From: a virus
Lineage: Duplodnaviria; Caudoviricetes
Virus record (IMG/VR): IMGVR_UViG_3300027653_000042
Coordinates: 1-29,362 of that record
DNA length: 29,362 nucleotides
Direction: 5' to 3' (one strand)
Shown piece by piece: positions 24,337-29,362 of the stretch. Below the pieces are notes generated by a model, which saw nothing but the letters and a program-made list of their open reading frames with translations, ran no database searches and was not told the origin of the DNA. Positions within the stretch are counted from its first letter, which is position 1. Each line of letters opens with the position of its first letter. The position numbers and the translations under genes are program-made.

Positions 24337-24486
24337 ATGGCAAGCATCAAACTCGTTCCGCAGGCCGCGAAGGCCGGAGACCAGAAGCGCGTCGACGCTG
24401 AGGTCGAAAAGCTCACGAAAGAGGGCTACGAGGTCTACGAGACCAATCGGCGCCACGTGAAGCTGCGCAAGACGAAGAAGAAGTAA
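24337..24486 (+). CDS. Small basic protein (49 aa; not in ORF track)
   Basis: MASIKLVPQAAKAGDQKRVDAEVEKLTKEGYEVYETNRRHVKLRKTKKK fills the gap before the tail gene. Confidence 0.65.
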   Translation: MASIKLVPQAAKAGDQKRVDAEVEKLTKEGYEVYETNRRHVKLRKTKKK

Positions 24487-24520
24487 GGCACGATCCTTAA
24501 TCACATTACACTGAAGAACC

Positions 24521-25129
24521 ATGGCTTTTGAATACGTTGGATCCTGCCGGATCTTCGTTGGCGACCCGACCCAGGCGAACGGCGCCGGGATGAAAGATCT
24601 CGGCTTCCTTGAGGATGTCACGGTTGACCTGGGTATCCAGGGCGCCTACACGTCGAACGCCTCACTGGCCGGCAGCCCGAACGCGGCGGGCATTTATACG
24701 CTGCCATCCGCACCCACGGTGCAGGCACAGGCGCGAGACGGCGCGATTGCGAACCTCAAGGCGCTTATCCAGGGCGCGGTCGAGGTCACGGAAGACGATG
24801 CCACTGCGCTTGGCTTCGGTGACAGCTTCGGCCGAATCGACCCGGACGATGTCGTCACTGTCTGCATCTTGAGCGACCAGGAGCGGGCCGCAGGATCGAG
24901 CGCCCAGCAGGCGATCTGGCTCCCTGGTGTGATGCTCTCCGGCGTGAGCGGCATCACCTTTAACCGTCCGCAGCAGGGCGAAATCGGCAACCCGTACAAC
25001 GTCGAGATTAGTTCGGCATACCGCGAGGAGGACCAGGACGAGGAGGCCATCCCCGCCGGCTTGCGCCTCGGCTTCATCGGCGACCCGGCCGCGGCCGGAC
25101 TCTCCTGGAGCCTGCCGCCTGTCGCCTGA
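24521..25129 (+). CDS. Putative major tail (tube) protein
   Basis: 202 aa, acidic and beta-rich, G..RIFVG...DLGFLEDV; precedes chaperone and tape measure. Confidence 0.7.
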   Translation: MAFEYVGSCRIFVGDPTQANGAGMKDLGFLEDVTVDLGIQGAYTSNASLAGSPNAAGIYTLPSAPTVQAQARDGAIANLKALIQGAVEVTEDDATALGFGDSFGRIDPDDVVTVCILSDQERAAGSSAQQAIWLPGVMLSGVSGITFNRPQQGEIGNPYNVEISSAYREEDQDEEAIPAGLRLGFIGDPAAAGLSWSLPPVA

Positions 25130-25774
25130 GTGATCGCTGCGGCGCACATAGCACGCGATGTCGAGGTGGTCGTCAAAAGTGGCGACCACCTCTTCACGCT
25201 TCGGGCACGTGTGCGTTGTGCCACGGCGCGCGAAGGCATCATGGTACACGAGGCCGCCACGCGCCTGGACGACGACGACGCGTGGGAGGTGTTGCGACAG
25301 GTGATCCTGTCCTGGCTGCCGCTCAGGCTGGCGTCTGTGCTGACGAGCAATACATTCAGCCGCGCCAACGCCGCGCGCGTCGTGCAGCGGCTGCTGACGG
25401 TAGGCGTGCCGGCGCCCGAAAAGGCGCAGCATGACGAGGATGTCGAAGCGGCGAAGATGCGTGCGCGCCGGATCGGCTGGGCGAGCACGGTCCGCGATTA
25501 CCGCCACCTCTGCGGCGGTTCGCTCGATGAGCCCTGGCCTTTTTTTATCAGCCAGGTGGCAGGCCTCGACGAGCTCCGCGCACGCGAGCAGGCGAGCTGG
25601 ATGATGGCCTATGCGGCCGTGCGGAGCGATAAACCCCAGGGGCGTAATCGCATCCTTAGCCGCGCAGGCTACACCGAGACGCTGACCGACTTGTCTGAAG
25701 AGGAAAAGCAGCAGCGCGCGGCCGAGGGCTGGGCGAACCTGATGCGGATGGCTGGTGGCGGAGGTAAGGCATGA
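25130..25774 (+). CDS. Putative tail assembly chaperone
   Basis: Position between tail tube and tape measure genes. Confidence 0.6.
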   Translation: MIAAAHIARDVEVVVKSGDHLFTLRARVRCATAREGIMVHEAATRLDDDDAWEVLRQVILSWLPLRLASVLTSNTFSRANAARVVQRLLTVGVPAPEKAQHDEDVEAAKMRARRIGWASTVRDYRHLCGGSLDEPWPFFISQVAGLDELRAREQASWMMAYAAVRSDKPQGRNRILSRAGYTETLTDLSEEEKQQRAAEGWANLMRMAGGGGKA

Positions 25775-28700
25775 GTCTTGATCGCCATATACAGATTGTC
25801 GTCCGCGATGAAGACCTGCAGCAGCATCAGCAGCGCGTGCGCAGCATGGGCCCTGAGGCCGAACAGTCATTCGGGCGCATGGGTAAGGCCGGGGCCGACG
25901 CTGCAAACCGGCTTAAAATAGCTTTTACAGCCGCCTTTGCCGCCATCGCACTATCGATGCAGCGCCTGACGAAATCGTCGATCGATTTCGCTGCGCGCTT
26001 TCAGACGACCATGACGCGCTCGCTCGCCATTATGGGCGACGTGTCGGCCGAACAGGTGCGCAGGATGGAGCGCGAAGCGATGCGCGTATCGACATCGCTG
26101 AACCTTGCCGCCGAGGAAGTAGCGCGCGCCTACTACTACCTCGCCGCGGCCGGCTACGATGCCGAGCAGTCTATCTCTCTCCTCCCCCGCGTGGCTGAAT
26201 TTGCCAAGGCGGGTGCGTTCGACCTGGCACGCGCAACCGACCTCCTGACGGATGCACAGAGCGCCCTCGGGATGACGATGCGCGACGATGTGGCGGCCAA
26301 CATGGAGAACACCATCCGACTATCGGACGTGCTCCTGAAGGCTAATACCGTCGCCAACTCTTCAGTCGAGCAGTTTTCTGAGGCGCTCACCAATAAGGCC
26401 GGTAACGCGCTCCGGCTCGTCAATAAAGAAGTCGAGGAAGGGGTTGCGGTACTGGCTGCCTTTGCTGATCAGGGCGTGAAGGGTGCCGGTGCCGGCGAGT
26501 GGCTGAACATCGTACTGCGCGACCTGCAGCGCGCGGCGATCAACAACCGCGAGGCCATGGATGAGCTCGGCATCAGCGTGTTTGATGCCGAGGGCAACCT
26601 GCGCAATATCGCCGACATCATAGAGTCGCTCGAGGGTGCTCTCGCGGGTATGAGCGACGAAGAGACGCGGATGGCGCTGATGTTCGCGGGCTTCCAGGAT
26701 CGCAGTGTCTCGGCGATCATGTCGCTGATCGGCATGAGCGATGCTATCCGCGATTACGAAGCTGCGCTGCGGGATGCCGGCGGGACGACTGACGACATTG
26801 TAAAGAAGCAGATGGAGGCTGCGAAAGAACAGATTGGGCAGCTCCAGAAACAGATTCAGGCTTTCGCACGAGAGCGCTGGGGTGCGCCGGCGCTCGAGCG
26901 CCTGTTGCAGGTGGTCGGCCACCTCAATGATAACTTTGGCACCACGGCCGTACACGTGGCGCGTCTAATCGAGACGCTTGCAAAGCTTGCCCTTTCTTGG
27001 ACCGTCGTAAAGACGCTTACACTGGCGTATGCCGCGGTCTTGAAAACACATGCGTCCCTTACGGCCATGTACCAGGCGGCGATGGCCGCGCTCGCCATGG
27101 CAAAGGCGCGGTACACCGGCAATACGATCATGGCCACGCGTGCCACGCAAGCGTTCAACACCGCCGTGGCGCGGTCGCCGATTGGCCTGCTCGCTGTGGC
27201 GCTGACATACGCCGCCGGCCAGTTTCTGGTTTTCCGGCGAAGCGCCGACGATGCCACTGATGCGCTCGATCGACAACTGGGAAAAGTGCAAGAGCTGCGG
27301 CACGAGATTGATGAGATGCACGGCGCCGTGTTGCGCCTCACACAGATCGAAAATGAGCGTGCGCGGGTGGCAGATCGGCAGCGCCTACGCGTGCTGCAGA
27401 ACCGATTAGATGAGCTCGAGGCTAATGTGCCGCGGCCGATCGCTGGTCAACACGGCTTCGACGGGCAGGTCCAGCGTTGGGGCCAGGAGCATGCCGCAGT
27501 ACTGCGTGAGATTGAGGAGATCCGCCAGCGGTCTGTCGATCAGCAGGTTACGGAGATCGCGATCCAGGCTCGTTTACGGACGTCACTGGAGGCGCAGCTG
27601 GAGTACCTCATTGCCCAGCGCGATGCCCTGGATGACTCCATTGGCCATACGGAGCAGCTGGCCAGGCTCAATCAGCAGATCGAAGAGACGCGACGGCGTA
27701 TTCGGGAGCGCGATGCACATGGTACTGATGCCGACGGCACCGGCGGCGGCCGCCGCGGCGATAGCAAGCTCGCCGAAGATACCCTCAAAGCCCTCGATAC
27801 ATTTGAAAAGATTCGCCGTGCGGTGGCGCTGACCGAGACGGCGACCGAAGAATGGCGACGCGCCTTGCAGGATGTGTGGTCGGCGCAAGACGCGATCGCC
27901 GAGTTGAGCGCGACGATCCCCCACCTGTCGGGCGAGCAGCTGGCCGAGGCCGAGCGGATGCTCGAGGTGCTGGGCAGGCAGCTATCGGAGGCGCAAGAGG
28001 TTGTCGGAGCAGAAGAGCGGCGCGCGGCGGCGATCCGCGAGGCGGCAGAGGCCACGAACCGGCTGCAGAAGCTGGCCGCGATGCCGCTGGCGATGCTCGA
28101 TGGTGACGCGCTCAGGGCGGACGAAGCGCGCGCCAAAGTGGATGAGGTCTCGGCGGCGATCCGCGCGTACGAGGCTACGGTCACGCGCCTGAGAAACGAG
28201 CTTGCGGCGGGTGTCAAAGATCAAGATCAGTTCGCGGCGGCGATGGATGCGGCAAACCGGGAGGCCGTGGCCGCGCTGAAGGAGGTCTACACGCAGCTTA
28301 GCGCAATGGGTGCGCTGACGCCGCAGATGGAGACGCTTTTCAGGCAGCTGTTTAGCACGATAGAAGACGGCGCGGACGCGAGCGCGGATGCTATTGGCGA
28401 CTTGTCGACGCAGTTGCAGAACGTCGGCGCGTCGATCCGTTCGATGACGCGGCTGATCGACGTGTTCGGTGATCTACGCCGCGAGACGCGGATGCTGCTC
28501 GACGGGCTGGCGGATCTTGCCGACAACGCGGGCAGGTTTGTCGAGACGTGGAGCCGGCTCGGTGATGCGCGCGGCTCACTCGGCGGCGTCCTCTCGCTGG
28601 CCGTGCCGGGCATTGGCATGGTTGCCGGCCTCGCCTCGTCCATAGCCGGACTCATTGGCTCCAACAAAGATCAGCAGCGCGAGATGCAGCGCCTTCGCGA

Positions 28701-29362
28701 CTCGCTGCGTGAGATGGGGCGGTCGGTGCGCGAGTCGGCCGCGCAGATGATGCAGGCGGCGACGATTGGCTCAGACGTGTCGGCGGACGCGGTGCGCAGC
28801 GCCATGACGTCGGTGGTTGCGCTTATGAGGGGTGACATATCGTCGCTTGGCGGAATTACTGGGACACTCAGCAGCCTCGAGGCATCAGGGATCGACATCC
28901 TTGGCAACGTCCGCGAGCAGTTCGAATCGATCTTTGCAACCTTGATGAACCGCTACCTCAAAGAGGTTGCCCGCGGAAGCATGAGTCGTGAGGACGTGGC
29001 CCGACTGGCGTTGGGTGAGCTGTTCGGCGGCGAAGAGCACGGCCACATCCTACGTAACCTGAACCAGCTGGCGGAATCGTTCGGGATGGCGGGCCAGTCG
29101 GTCGCAGGCGTAATCACCATCTTCGATCTGTTACAAAAAGCCGGGATGAGCACGGTCGATAGCTGGCGGGATGCCGCCCGTCACGCGCTCGACAATCTAC
29201 CGCAGATCACAGGGCCGATCCGAGCATGGGTTGACGACCTGCTGGACATCGACATATCGACCGAGGCGGGAGCGGCCGCGTTCGAGAAGGCGGTACAAGA
29301 CATGATCCGGCAGCGCATCGAGACGCCGGGCATACTCGGGGCGATGACGCCAGACGACTTTG
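25771..29362 (+). CDS. Tail tape measure protein, TP901-type (partial, >1190 aa; not in ORF track)
   Basis: ATG at 25771; frame appears open to the window end where inspected; YYYLAAAGY...LLP.V..FA.AG..DL..A.D and LAAFADQGVKG..AG core motifs. Confidence 0.92.
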   Translation, partial: MSLDRHIQIVVRDEDLQQHQQRVRSMGPEAEQSFGRMGKAGADAANRLKIAFTAAFAAIALSMQRLTKSSIDFAARFQTTMTRSLAIMGDVSAEQVRRMEREAMRVSTSLNLAAEEVARAYYYLAAAGYDAEQSISLLPRVAEFAKAGAFDLARATDLLTDAQSALGMTMRDDVAANMENTIRLSDVLLKANTVANSSVEQFSEALTNKAGNALRLVNKEVEEGVAVLAAFADQGVKGAGAGEWLNIVLRDLQRAAINNREAMDELGISVFDAEGNLRNIADIIESLEGALAGMSDEETRMALMFAGFQDRSVSAIMSLIGMSDAIRDYEAALRDAGGTTDDIVKKQMEAAKEQIGQLQKQIQAFARERWGAPALERLLQVVGHLNDNFGTTAVHVARLIETLAKLALSWTVVKTLTLAYAAVLKTHASLTAMYQAAMAALAMAKARYTGNTIMATRATQAFNTAVARSPIGLLAVALTYAAGQFLVFRRSADDATDALDRQLGKVQELRHEIDEMHGAVLRLTQIENERARVADRQRLRVLQNRLDELEANVPRPIAGQHGFDGQVQRWGQEHAAVLREIEEIRQRSVDQQVTEIAIQARLRTSLEAQLEYLIAQRDALDDSIGHTEQLARLNQQIEETRRRIRERDAHGTDADGTGGGRRGDSKLAEDTLKALDTFEKIRRAVALTETATEEWRRALQDVWSAQDAIAELSATIPHLSGEQLAEAERMLEVLGRQLSEAQEVVGAEERRAAAIREAAEATNRLQKLAAMPLAMLDGDALRADEARAKVDEVSAAIRAYEATVTRLRNELAAGVKDQDQFAAAMDAANREAVAALKEVYTQLSAMGALTPQMETLFRQLFSTIEDGADASADAIGDLSTQLQNVGASIRSMTRLIDVFGDLRRETRMLLDGLADLADNAGRFVETWSRLGDARGSLGGVLSLAVPGIGMVAGLASSIAGLIGSNKDQQREMQRLRDSLREMGRSVRESAAQMMQAATIGSDVSADAVRSAMTSVVALMRGDISSLGGITGTLSSLEASGIDILGNVREQFESIFATLMNRYLKEVARGSMSREDVARLALGELFGGEEHGHILRNLNQLAESFGMAGQSVAGVITIFDLLQKAGMSTVDSWRDAARHALDNLPQITGPIRAWVDDLLDIDISTEAGAAAFEKAVQDMIRQRIETPGILGAMTPDDF

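Larger units (their letters stand above)
127..29362 (+). mobile_element. Mu-like transposable prophage (left end to tape measure; continues beyond window)
   Basis: TGT-initiated end with repeated binding sites, DDE transposase plus AAA ATPase, GemA, Mor, and Mu-type gp26/27/28/29/F/G/I/36/37 gene order. No tail sheath gene between neck genes and tape measure. Confidence 0.95.

Noticed and set aside
25540-25547. T-run as programmed tail chaperone frameshift site
   Set aside because: The ORF already reads unbroken to the tape measure start, so no frameshift is needed; an alternative product cannot be supported.

Overview
Left ~29 kb of a Mu-like (transposable) prophage with a non-contractile, sipho-type tail. 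About 126 bp of probable host flank is followed by a TGT-initiated left end carrying three 24-bp putative transposase-binding repeats. Next come the immunity region (XRE repressor and a divergent HTH gene), MuA/MuB-like transposition genes, early genes (DUF3164, GemA, Mor), lysis, terminase/portal/MuF/protease/capsid genes, an initiator-like tRNA-Met, and tail genes. The tape measure gene runs off the window end. The standout feature is at 9100-10822: an integron-type array of four gene cassettes separated by attC sites (three intact, one remnant) and capped by an attI-like site, with no integrase in the window. The attC sites read canonically on the minus strand while all four cassette genes are on the plus strand. 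The array is therefore inverted, so the phage early operon could transcribe it up to a terminator at ~10933. This suggests a phage that captures cassettes using a host integron integrase in trans (inference). All protein family calls are from motif recognition and synteny by eye; no searches were run.
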